From an uncultured Clostridia bacterium (GTDB lineage: Bacteria; Bacillota; Clostridia; Oscillospirales; Oscillospiraceae), in contig CAMVKI010000001.1 of the NCBI GenBank assembly GCA_947168005.1, forward strand, positions 1 to 57,196: 57,196 nucleotides of DNA, given 5' to 3'. The position numbers and the translations under genes are program-made. The notes under the pieces are model-generated. The model saw only the letters and a program-made list of their open reading frames with translations, was not told the origin of the DNA and searched no databases. This document shows, one piece after another, positions 41,750-50,538 of this stretch (positions are counted from its first letter, which is position 1; every line of letters starts with the position of its first letter).

Positions 41750-42820
41750 TCACGGATATACTGTGACAATAAAGCCGTCCGCATTGTTGCCAGAAATCGT
41801 ATAACTGCCGGTCGTAGGGACGACGACCTGATTTCCGGCACAGAAGTACAGCTCATAGCTGACTCCAAGGCAGGTCACATGGAGGTGCTCACCGGAAAAG
41901 CTGTAATTTCGCAGATAGTCGATGTATTCCTCCAGACAAAGGTTTTCTGTCTGCATGATATAAGCGTGCGGAAGGCCGACGTAGCGGAAGTGCCAGGATT
42001 CATAATTGATGCCGGTGATGTCGCTCTTCTGGGGCGGATAGCGTTGAATGAAACCATACTCCCAGGCGTGGGCAACGGCCCAGGCATATTCCCCGTCCCC
42101 GTCAAAGCCGCCGCTGGTCCCATCTTCGATGTTGTAGGTGTCCAGATCGACGGCCAGTCCTGTATGATGCTCGCTGTGACCGGGCAGGGCAAGGTAAGCG
42201 TCCGCGTATTCCTGACCCTTGTTGTTCACGGCGTTTTGGTACAGGCGGACCTGATCGTCATAGCTGCGCCAGCCTGCGACGATATTGACGTCTGTTCTTC
42301 CGCTTTCCGCCGCGAAGGAGTCCATCCACTGATTGAGTGCGTCCGCTGCGTCCTCGCGCAGACTGAGGATCTTGTCCTTCACGAAGTAGCTTCGCGTCTT
42401 TTTATCGTAGACGCTCACCGTTTGCGGCAGCCCGGGGTCGTAAGCGTGATCCCGATTGACCAGGATCAGCGTTCCCTGCGACAGATCTGCCTCCGTCATC
42501 TGCTGCCATTTCCAGCCTTCGGGCAGCTCCAGCAGCGAAGCGGCATGGTTGGCGTCTGTCCTTGTCGGCGTACCATCTTCGTCAGTTTTTCTTATGCAGA
42601 GAACAATGAGAAACACCAACGTCAGCACAAGGCAAACCACGATTCCGGACAGAATGATCTTTCTGCGTTTCCGTTGTTTTCTCTGCCGTTCTCTTGCTCT
42701 TGCCCTGCGAAGCCGCTCCGCGTCAGCGCTTGCTACCGTGATATAGTCGGTATTCCGGCTGTCTCTGACCCGTTGCTTTTTTGGCGTCTCAGAGGAACGA
42801 GTATGTTTGTCTGTTTTCAA
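41750..42820 (-). CDS. M15-family D-alanyl-D-alanine carboxypeptidase (VanY-like), membrane-anchored
   Basis: Basic N-terminus plus a TM helix. Motifs LVNRDH, GWRSYDDQ, PGHSEHHTGLAVDL and ESWHFRYVG are typical of VanY/LAS peptidases. Confidence 0.8.
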   Translation of the reverse strand: MKTDKHTRSSETPKKQRVRDSRNTDYITVASADAERLRRARARERQRKQRKRRKIILSGIVVCLVLTLVFLIVLCIRKTDEDGTPTRTDANHAASLLELPEGWKWQQMTEADLSQGTLILVNRDHAYDPGLPQTVSVYDKKTRSYFVKDKILSLREDAADALNQWMDSFAAESGRTDVNIVAGWRSYDDQVRLYQNAVNNKGQEYADAYLALPGHSEHHTGLAVDLDTYNIEDGTSGGFDGDGEYAWAVAHAWEYGFIQRYPPQKSDITGINYESWHFRYVGLPHAYIMQTENLCLEEYIDYLRNYSFSGEHLHVTCLGVSYELYFCAGNQVVVPTTGSYTISGNNADGFIVTVYP

Positions 42821-42846
42821 GGAAAAATGCCTCCTGAGAGATTGTT

Positions 42847-43800
42847 TTACAGCCGTTTCTTACCGAACAATAATTGGCTCAAATGACATATCAAAAGCAC
42901 AGAAGCAATAACAAGGACGCACCACCGGGCGCAGAGCTTTCGCTCTGCGAGGCGGGCGGCCTGCTCCCAGGGCGGGAGAGACGGCGTTTGCTCCGGCGGG
43001 CTGCGGAAAAAGTCCTTGGCCTGCTCCCAGAGCCGGGACAGGCGAAAGCGGCCCGTGGAGCTCGTGACGGTCCGGCCCGTCGCGTTTTGCAGGCTTTGGG
43101 CCGCGTAACCGTCGTAATACTCCGGCAGGATCGCCTCATAGAAGGTCACGTCTGCATCGTCCTGTATGGGCAGAAAGATCCTCGGTGCGATGCCGAAGGC
43201 GGCCTCGTTGGCCGCGCCGTCCGGCTCCCGGATCACGGCGATCACACGCCAGCCCAGGCCGCCAAGCTGGATGTCCTCTCCGATACAATCGGAAGATCCG
43301 AATAACGCGAAAGCTGCTGCTTCGTTCAGGACCGCCTCGCTGCCGGTGTCTGCGAAGGTCCCGGGGCCGCCCTCCGCCATAGAGAAGGCGTGCAGCGTAA
43401 AGAAATCCCTGGAGACCGACCAAAGCTCCGCCTCCGCCCTGCGATGCGCATAGACGGCGAGGCCGGAGCTTTTTGCGCCGTAGGCTGTGACAAAGGGCGG
43501 GATCTCCTCGGTTGGAAAGGAGGCTTGGAGCTCCTCTGCAAGCGTCTTAGCTTGTCCGGCGTCCATTTCCCCCTCGTTCCAGAAAACCGACACTTGGGAG
43601 TATGTCTGCTCCGATGGGCCCTTCCAGCGTTCAGCCTCGTATTGAAGCGTTTGGCTTGATGGGATGGCGCGAATGGAAAGGATGGACCAAAGGAGAATGC
43701 CCGCGAGCAAAAGCGTAACGACAATGGAAATACTCCGCATTCCTGCGGCTGGTTCCTTGGGCGGGCAGCCAATGGCCGCCCCTACATTGCTGTTGCTCAT
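42847..43800 (-). CDS. MacB-type periplasmic-core-domain protein lacking the FtsX transmembrane bundle
   Basis: 317 aa. N-terminal TM helix, a soluble domain of about 230 aa, and a single C-terminal TM helix. It sits where an FtsX permease usually follows a HlyD adaptor. Confidence 0.45.
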   Translation of the reverse strand: MSNSNVGAAIGCPPKEPAAGMRSISIVVTLLLAGILLWSILSIRAIPSSQTLQYEAERWKGPSEQTYSQVSVFWNEGEMDAGQAKTLAEELQASFPTEEIPPFVTAYGAKSSGLAVYAHRRAEAELWSVSRDFFTLHAFSMAEGGPGTFADTGSEAVLNEAAAFALFGSSDCIGEDIQLGGLGWRVIAVIREPDGAANEAAFGIAPRIFLPIQDDADVTFYEAILPEYYDGYAAQSLQNATGRTVTSSTGRFRLSRLWEQAKDFFRSPPEQTPSLPPWEQAARLAERKLCARWCVLVIASVLLICHLSQLLFGKKRL

Positions 43801-43803
43801 GGC

Positions 43804-45420
43804 TCAATCTCCGAAGCGCACGGCCTGGCCGTCGGACAGAGGCGCGCTGGACAGGATCACCACGTAATTCCGGCTGGTCAGTTCCCCCTTGACGGCGGTG
43901 TAGGCGTCGTCCCGGCGGAGCTCCTCCACGTCCACCCGACGCACTTTTGATCGGGACCCCAAAGGAGAGGATGTCGTCTCCACAACGTAGACGAAGGAGC
44001 CGACAGAATCCTTGTAGACCGCCGCGTTGGGGACCACGGTATCGTGCTTGCTGGTCTCCAGGGCAATTGCCAGAGACAGATATTGATCCGGAGCGGCGTT
44101 GTCCCCGGTGACGGTGAAGGTCAGCTCCTTCCGGTTCGTGGGGTCCGCCTTGTCGGGCTCGATGGCTGTCAGCACGACTCTGCTCCCCCCGCCGCTCTGA
44201 TTGGTGATCCGGGCCTCAGCCCCTAACTTCAGCATAGCGGCGTCCGCCAGGGAAACGGAGCAGCGCAGGGTGAAGGCGTCCGTGCTCTGCAGGGTGATCA
44301 TGACCTGCTCCGCTTCAAACTGCTCCTTTTCAAACAGGCTGTCGACGATGCCCTCCGCCTCAGCGCAGATCTCGGCTTCTCCGAGCTTCGCTTCCAGCTC
44401 CTGGATCTCCTGTTTTGTCTGCTCGATTTGGCCCTCCATCTCCGCCAGACGGGCGGCGGTGCGCTCGTCCTGAGCCTGGGAGTTCTTCTGCCGGTCGTAA
44501 TAGGAGGAAAGGGAGCTTTTCGCGGAGAGGACGGCGTTTTCACAGGCTTTTTCATCGGTGCAGCCGGCGTAATCCCGTTCCAGGGCAGAGATCTGCCCGT
44601 TGATAGAATCCACGGTTTCCTGGGCCGCGTCCACCGGGGGCTGATACTGAGCCCGGAGGCTCTGGAGGGCGGTGTCAGCCGTATAGCAGCGGTTCTGGCA
44701 TTCCAAAACCGCCGCGTTTGCCTCGTCCAGCGCCGTCTTTGCTGCGAGGCTGTCCTCCGACTCCGGATCGATCCCCGCGTAATAGTCGTAATTCGTCTGG
44801 GCGTTCTGCTGGCGCTGCTGGGCGGCAGTCAAGGCCTGGTGCGCCGCCTCCGCCTCCTCCGCCGCCGCGTCTACGCCGGCGCGGTAGGCGGTCTGCGCCT
44901 GAGACAGATCTTTTTCCGCAGAGGAAAGCTGGCTGTCAAGGGTCTTCCGCTTTCCGACGTACTCTTTGCAGCGGTTCTGTCGTTCCTGGGCTTCCTCCAA
45001 GTTGTTTTTCAAAATCTGATACTCCGCCCAGGCGCCGGAATCCGAGGGCAGAGAGGCGTTGAGCTGTTCCTCCGCGTAGGCCTTTTCCTGCTGTTCCAGC
45101 TCCGCCTGCTTGGCCGTAAGGGTCCCGTCGTCCAGGTATTCCACCTTCAGGAGGACGTCTCCGGCCTGCACCTTGTCGCCCGGCTCTACAAGCCGTTCCA
45201 GGATCCCGCCTTTTCGTTCCGCGGCCAGCTCCGTCACAGCCCCGGCCTCCGTCATACCGGCTCCGCTCACCACCGGGGTGATGGTCCCGGAGGTGACGGG
45301 CTTTGTGGTGACCTGTGGCAGAGTCAGATTCCGGATCGTCCCGGAAAAGAAGGTCAAGAGGGCCATGACTGCGAAAAACGCGATCAACGCCCATTTGACC
45401 CACGTTCTTTGTTTCTTCAT
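43804..45420 (-). CDS. HlyD-family membrane fusion (periplasmic adaptor) protein
   Basis: Start at MKKQRTWVKW (ATGA overlap with the upstream stop). TM helix, lipoyl-like hairpin GDKVQAGDVLLKVE, a long A/E/Q-rich coiled coil and a beta-barrel C-terminus. Confidence 0.75.
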   Translation of the reverse strand: MKKQRTWVKWALIAFFAVMALLTFFSGTIRNLTLPQVTTKPVTSGTITPVVSGAGMTEAGAVTELAAERKGGILERLVEPGDKVQAGDVLLKVEYLDDGTLTAKQAELEQQEKAYAEEQLNASLPSDSGAWAEYQILKNNLEEAQERQNRCKEYVGKRKTLDSQLSSAEKDLSQAQTAYRAGVDAAAEEAEAAHQALTAAQQRQQNAQTNYDYYAGIDPESEDSLAAKTALDEANAAVLECQNRCYTADTALQSLRAQYQPPVDAAQETVDSINGQISALERDYAGCTDEKACENAVLSAKSSLSSYYDRQKNSQAQDERTAARLAEMEGQIEQTKQEIQELEAKLGEAEICAEAEGIVDSLFEKEQFEAEQVMITLQSTDAFTLRCSVSLADAAMLKLGAEARITNQSGGGSRVVLTAIEPDKADPTNRKELTFTVTGDNAAPDQYLSLAIALETSKHDTVVPNAAVYKDSVGSFVYVVETTSSPLGSRSKVRRVDVEELRRDDAYTAVKGELTSRNYVVILSSAPLSDGQAVRFGD

Positions 45421-46277
45421 TTCATACCTCCGGTCACGATCCCTTCCTCTAAATGCCGTTCCCCTCCAAGGAAGAGCAGCAGGCAGGGGATCATGTAAAT
45501 CACAGCCGCGGCGAAAGCCAAGCCCAGCTCGCCCTGGTTGATTTTGCTCAGGTAGAGGGAGAGGGGCTGCAGCTCTTCGCTTTCCAGCAGCACCATGGGC
45601 TGCTCCACCATGTTCCAGTAGTCGAAAAAGATCAGCATCCCTACGGCAAACAAGGCGCTTTTGCACTGGGGCAGGAAGATCCTGCGGAAGATCTGCCATT
45701 CGTTGGCTCCATCCAGCTGGGCCGCCTCCAAATACACCTTGGGGATCCGCTGCATGTACTTTGTCAGCAGGAAGACGGCGAAGGGAGAGAAGATCCCCGG
45801 CAGCAGGATCGCCCAGATCGTGTCATAGGTGCCGAGCTGCTTGCTGATCAGATAGTTCGGCACCAAAGTCACCTGATAAGGCATCAGGGTCAGCACCAGG
45901 TAGCCGAAGAAGATCGCCCTGCGGAGGCGGCTCGGTTTCCGGCAGAAGCCGTAGGCCGCCAGCGCGGAAACGGCAGTCTGCAGGATCGTGATGGGAGCCG
46001 TGTACAGCACGGAGTTCCAGAACTTTTGCAGGTACTCCGGGCTCTGCAGCAGGAAGGTCTTGTACTGTTCCCCCGTGGCGATATCCGGCACCAGCTTCAG
46101 GATGATCCGTTCCTTCATATACCCGCCGCTGCCGAGAGCAGCCCCGTAGCTCCGCTCGATCTCCGATGCGGAAAGGAAGGAATTGACGACGGTCAGCACC
46201 GTTGGAAGGATAAAAAGCAGGGCCAGGATCATAAGGGCCAGCCAGAGGCAGCCATCTTTCACTCGTCGTTTTTTCAT
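45417..46277 (-). CDS. carbohydrate-type ABC transporter permease (MalG-like)
   Basis: Six TM helices. EAA loop YLEAAQLDGANEWQIFRRIFLP. Confidence 0.85.
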   Translation of the reverse strand: MKKRRVKDGCLWLALMILALLFILPTVLTVVNSFLSASEIERSYGAALGSGGYMKERIILKLVPDIATGEQYKTFLLQSPEYLQKFWNSVLYTAPITILQTAVSALAAYGFCRKPSRLRRAIFFGYLVLTLMPYQVTLVPNYLISKQLGTYDTIWAILLPGIFSPFAVFLLTKYMQRIPKVYLEAAQLDGANEWQIFRRIFLPQCKSALFAVGMLIFFDYWNMVEQPMVLLESEELQPLSLYLSKINQGELGLAFAAAVIYMIPCLLLFLGGERHLEEGIVTGGMK

Positions 46278-46293
46278 AGGTTACCTATCTGTA

Positions 46294-46421
46294 GCGGCGC
46301 ACACTGTGCGCCGCTTCCCATGCGTTATTTGTTTTCGGTATCGGCGTCCGTAGGGGCCGATGACCACATCGGCCCTTCTCGTTGTTGAAACGGCGGGCGG
46401 ATGTGGGCATCCGCCCCTACG
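46294..46421. repeat. REP-like cluster of GC-rich palindromes
   Basis: GCGGCGCACA-C-TGTGCGCCGC (46294-46314), GGGGCCGATG-accac-ATCGGCCC (46353-46375) and GGGCGGATG-tggg-CATCCGCCC (46396-46417), bracketed by CCGTAGGGG / CCCCTACGG. A related GGCGCACACTGTGC sits at 32798-32811. Confidence 0.6.
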
Positions 46422-46423
46422 GT

Positions 46424-47284
46424 TTATTCGTTCTCTGTGTCCTGGTCCAGGCGGCGCTCTATGCTCAACAGGACGGCGATCAATGCTCCCATGACCACCG
46501 CCAGCATCAGGGCCGCGGCGCTAAGCTTCTGGTAGTCCATGGTGCGGAAGGTGTTGTTCATGAAGTGCTGGAGCAGATACAGGCTCTCATAGGGATAAGA
46601 ACCCGTCAGCAGCCAGACCTCCCGGAAGATCTTCATGGAGGCGATCAGGCTCATGAGCACGACGAAAAAGACCGTCGGGGCCAGGAAGTGGATCTTGACG
46701 GAAAAGAACTGCCGGGTCCGGCCCGCGCCGTCCAGGTTGGCCATGTCCACATAAGTCCGGGGAATGGCCGCCAGGGCCGCGGTAAAGAGGATGGTGTGGT
46801 AGCCGATGTTTTTCCAGAGGTAGAGCAGCAGCACCATCAAAATGCTCCAGGGGGAGTGGAACCAGTCCACATGGGTCTCCAAAAAGGCGTTCAGCGTGCC
46901 GTTCTGGTGAAAAAGCACCTGCCAGACCAGGACCACCGAGGCGATGGGCACCAGCATGGGGCTGAGGAAGGCCGTGCGAAGCTGGCTCTTCATTGGTATC
47001 GCACGTTCCAGCCAGAGAGCCAGCTTCAGGGGCAGCAGCACCGCCAGGGGCACCGAAAGGCCGATCAGGATGGCGGTGTTCTTCGCCCCCAGCAGAAAGG
47101 CGCTGTTGTGCAGCAGGGCCTTGAAATTGTCCAGTCCCACAAACTCCCCGTTCACCGGCCGATTCACCAGGCTGTAGTAAATCACCATCCCAAATGGCAC
47201 CACAAAGAACAGCGCCACCCCAAGCAGGCTGGGGACCAGGAATAAAAACGTGTGGGATCGTTTTGGGTGCAGCCGTCGTTTCAT
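46424..47284 (-). CDS. carbohydrate-type ABC transporter permease (MalF-like)
   Basis: Six TM helices. EAA loop VDMANLDGAGRTRQFFSVKIHFLAP. Confidence 0.85.
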   Translation of the reverse strand: MKRRLHPKRSHTFLFLVPSLLGVALFFVVPFGMVIYYSLVNRPVNGEFVGLDNFKALLHNSAFLLGAKNTAILIGLSVPLAVLLPLKLALWLERAIPMKSQLRTAFLSPMLVPIASVVLVWQVLFHQNGTLNAFLETHVDWFHSPWSILMVLLLYLWKNIGYHTILFTAALAAIPRTYVDMANLDGAGRTRQFFSVKIHFLAPTVFFVVLMSLIASMKIFREVWLLTGSYPYESLYLLQHFMNNTFRTMDYQKLSAAALMLAVVMGALIAVLLSIERRLDQDTENE

Positions 47285-47285
47285 G

Positions 47286-49346
47286 TCAGCCTCGCTCAGA
47301 TAAGTAGATTTCGATCCGGTTCTGGATTCGTCGGGCGCATTCCTCTGCGGTAACGTCGCCGTTGAAATAAGCTTCCGCCTCTTCCAAAATGATCTGCTCC
47401 GGCTCGCCCAGGAGCGGGTCCATCAGGTGATCCGCATTCAGAAGCAATTCGCGCAGCTCTCTGGCGTCCTGTTCGAATTCATCGGTCGGATTCTGGGAAA
47501 CCCGTCGCTGAAGGAACTCGTCCAAGTGTGAAAGGTTGACCGGGAATTCGGATCCAAAGTCTGCGGGCACCTGCGGTTCGTCGAACCACTCCTCGTCGGC
47601 AAACAGGAAATCCATAAAAGCCTGGCCGCCCGAAGTATTGGAGCCGTTTACGATAGCGTAGAAGCCCATGCTATTCAGACCCAAGCCGGTGTAAGAGCCC
47701 ACGGGGAAGGGGAACAGCGTGCGGGCCTGCGTTTTCTTCAGGGGATCGTCATGGACCTTATAGTAATAATTTCCCAGCCAGAGCTCTTCGTAGATCTGGA
47801 ACCACTCTTTTCCGGCGTTGTAGTAGGCGCCGCCGTTGATGGAGGCAGTGTATTCGTCGTCCTCGAAGCGGTTGCAGAATTCCAGCGCCCCGCGGAAGGA
47901 ATCGGTGTTGAAGCGGGCGGTGCGGGTCTGCCAGTCGATCCAGCCGCTGCCGCATTGGTTCAGAATATTTTGCAGGACGATGTATTTTGCGTTGCTTTCA
48001 AAGGTCTCCGGGCAGTTGGCCTCGATCCGGGAGATCAAACGCTCCAGATCGGCGACGTCGCCCGCGCTGACGTAGGACGCCGGGATGCTGCAGCACACCA
48101 GCTCCACCTCCCGGGGCAGATAGACGCAGGCGCCGTCCACCGTGCAGAGGGGGACCAGGTTGGGCAGGACCCGGGCCGTGGTCGTCTCGTCGATGGGGGC
48201 CAACAGCCCCTTGACCGCGTAGTTGTTCAGCGCGTCCAGATCCGAGGAACAGATCAGGTCCAGCTCGCCGTTCAGCATGGCCAGGTTCATGCTTTCCAGA
48301 TCCTCAAAGGTCCTGGTCGTCACCTGCCAGCCGGTATCGGCCAGGTTGAAGGCCGCGATCGCCTGGCTGCAGTGATAATCCGGGTGATAGAGTCCGATGG
48401 TCAGTGTATCGCCTTTGTTTTCGCTTGGGTCCACGTGTACCAGACGGTCCCAGTCCATCACCAGGAAGGTCCCGTCCTCGAGGGCAAGGATGGTCGAAAA
48501 CTTTTCAAAATCGAGGCCCCAGGCGGCCAGATCGCAGAGCTCGGTCACGTTGGTCCCGTCCGTCTCATACAGCTTCGATCCGGAGAGCACCCAGGTCCCG
48601 GCGTCGTTCCAACAGGCGCGATCTACCAAGATGGGGAATTCCGACTCCGGCAAGCTCAGTTGGGTGGTGGTTCCGTCGATGGGACACAGCCATCTGCCCA
48701 CAGACGTGCGCTCATCCGTCCCTTGTACCTCTGTCCAGGCCGTCACCATCGCAAAGGTTTGACCGTTGATCTGGAGGACGCAACGCACCCAGAAATTCGC
48801 GCCCGGCTGGTCCGGCATCTCGACCTCGTTTTTTCCGCACCAGAGCCGAAGAAAATGAACTGTATAGAGGGTGTCGTCCGCCCATGCAAGCTGCATCAAG
48901 GCAGGATCACGCTCTGTCTGCATCATGAACTCACCGTCACAGTAAACGCCGCAGCCGTAGTTCGCACTCTCCATATCCCCATCATTCTCCAAGGTCCAGC
49001 GGTGGCCGCCGGCCTCCAAAATGCGGTACGGAGAAGGGTCTTCCTTTGACAGGTCGACGGTCTCGCCGACGGTCAGGTTTTCATCCAGCGTCGTCAGATG
49101 CCACCCCCATATATCGACAGAAAGCAGCAGATACCCCCCTTCGGTGGGACAGATATCCAGCAATCTATGTCCGCTCAGCCGGACTTCCTTCGGCAGCTCG
49201 AGCTTGTCAGAGGCGGGGGGCTCCGCAGCGTCGGGCATCGTGACAGTCTCTCCGGGAGCTGCGGGCTGATCCGGGTTTCCGCAGCCGCTCAACAGCAGCA
49301 GAAGGGTCAGAAGAAGTGCTGTCATTCTGATCAATCGTTTTTTCAT
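47286..49346 (-). CDS. lipoprotein: N-terminal beta-rich domain fused to an extracellular solute-binding domain
   Basis: Lipobox LLLSGCG. 686 aa. The C-terminal half has an SBP-like pattern (LNGELDLICSSD...NYAVKGLLAPID). Paralogue of 50539..52644, with near-identical C-termini (DVTAEECARRIQNR.EIYL.ERG). Confidence 0.65.
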   Translation of the reverse strand: MKKRLIRMTALLLTLLLLLSGCGNPDQPAAPGETVTMPDAAEPPASDKLELPKEVRLSGHRLLDICPTEGGYLLLSVDIWGWHLTTLDENLTVGETVDLSKEDPSPYRILEAGGHRWTLENDGDMESANYGCGVYCDGEFMMQTERDPALMQLAWADDTLYTVHFLRLWCGKNEVEMPDQPGANFWVRCVLQINGQTFAMVTAWTEVQGTDERTSVGRWLCPIDGTTTQLSLPESEFPILVDRACWNDAGTWVLSGSKLYETDGTNVTELCDLAAWGLDFEKFSTILALEDGTFLVMDWDRLVHVDPSENKGDTLTIGLYHPDYHCSQAIAAFNLADTGWQVTTRTFEDLESMNLAMLNGELDLICSSDLDALNNYAVKGLLAPIDETTTARVLPNLVPLCTVDGACVYLPREVELVCCSIPASYVSAGDVADLERLISRIEANCPETFESNAKYIVLQNILNQCGSGWIDWQTRTARFNTDSFRGALEFCNRFEDDEYTASINGGAYYNAGKEWFQIYEELWLGNYYYKVHDDPLKKTQARTLFPFPVGSYTGLGLNSMGFYAIVNGSNTSGGQAFMDFLFADEEWFDEPQVPADFGSEFPVNLSHLDEFLQRRVSQNPTDEFEQDARELRELLLNADHLMDPLLGEPEQIILEEAEAYFNGDVTAEECARRIQNRIEIYLSERG

Positions 49347-49376
49347 AGATAATTCCTCTTATGCGCGTGATTTGGC

Positions 49377-50522
49377 TCAACCCTCGGCAAAGCCGGCGAA
49401 AATCGTGGGTTCTCCTCGGAGCACGTCTATGGAGACCAATTCCACCTGAAGCGCCAGCTCTTCCAGGAGCGCTTCTACCTCCGCGCCGCTGCGATCAGCG
49501 GAAAGGAAGAGCATGGGCCCGTCTTCATACAGGCAAATCAAACAGGCCTCATCGCGCACAGTGTACCAACGGGCCTCCCGGCCGTTCAGGGTCCCGGTGC
49601 GGATCAGCTGAAACCCGCTCGTTCGTTCAAAGTCAACGAAGGAGGCATATACGTAGAGCGAAATCCACAGTCCGTCCGTCGGACGGATCAGAGCAAGCTG
49701 GCTGTACAGCCCGCTCAGATCCGTCTCCGGGGCCTTCAGCTGGTTGCCATACATAGTGTCTTCCTGAAGCCCTGTGAAATCCCAGTAGATCTCAAAACCC
49801 TCCGGCAGCTCCGGCAGCCGCAGAGGGTAGAAGGTCGTCACTTCCCGCCGGATCGGCACCCCGGAGTCCACCAGCGTCAGGTGGGAGAGGGCCTCCTCGC
49901 AGCGCTCGAAGCTCCGGTTGGAGCTGACCACAAGCGTGCAGCGCAGCGCCTCGCTGTGACAGAAGAGGTGGTAGGTGTCTTCCGAAACGCCGAATGATTG
50001 ACTGACGACCGTAACCCAAACAGTTTCCAGGTCCTGCAGCGTGCCCTCCTTCACCATCTCCGGCTCATAGAGGACGAAATAATCCCGATAACTCAGCCCG
50101 TCCCGATCCAGGATATTGACGGAGAGCTTCTCACCATCCGGCGTAATTGGGAAGTACTGCGTGTAGACCTCCCCAAGGGCTTCTGGGTTCAACACAGTCT
50201 GGGAATCGGCCTGTCGGTTTGCCGCGAGTCTCTTCAGCATTTTGTTGTACATGCCGCCATTCCGGTCCGGCAAGGACCATCCGTCCAAGGTGAAGCCGAT
50301 ATAGTTGCCCTCTCCCGTGTCCACAAACATCGTTTCGTTCTGCCGAGCAGGGCCGGAGCTTGCTCCGCTTTCCAATTGATTTGGATCTGTAACGTCCGCG
50401 ACAGATCCAACCGGGTCTTGTTCCGTTGTCACCGGAGTCTCCGGCGTACCGCAGCCGCTCAACAGCAGCAGGGCTACAAACAGAAGTGCAAGAAAAGCGT
50501 GATATTCAGAGTGATATTTCAT
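49377..50522 (-). CDS. hypothetical lipoprotein, paralogue of the anti-sigma ectodomain
   Basis: Lipobox LLLSGCG. Shares blocks with 52668..53930 (T.HLFC..AL.CTLVVSS.R.F.RCEEA..HL.LVD.GVPIRR; ARWY). Confidence 0.6.
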   Translation of the reverse strand: MKYHSEYHAFLALLFVALLLLSGCGTPETPVTTEQDPVGSVADVTDPNQLESGASSGPARQNETMFVDTGEGNYIGFTLDGWSLPDRNGGMYNKMLKRLAANRQADSQTVLNPEALGEVYTQYFPITPDGEKLSVNILDRDGLSYRDYFVLYEPEMVKEGTLQDLETVWVTVVSQSFGVSEDTYHLFCHSEALRCTLVVSSNRSFERCEEALSHLTLVDSGVPIRREVTTFYPLRLPELPEGFEIYWDFTGLQEDTMYGNQLKAPETDLSGLYSQLALIRPTDGLWISLYVYASFVDFERTSGFQLIRTGTLNGREARWYTVRDEACLICLYEDGPMLFLSADRSGAEVEALLEELALQVELVSIDVLRGEPTIFAGFAEG

Positions 50523-50538
50523 AAGCTGTTCCTCCGTG

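Noticed and set aside
45417-47284. The missing ATPase for the sugar-type permease pair, considered as an anomaly
   Set aside because: Carbohydrate-uptake ABC systems of Firmicutes commonly share a distally encoded MsmK-type ATPase. Its absence here is not informative by itself.
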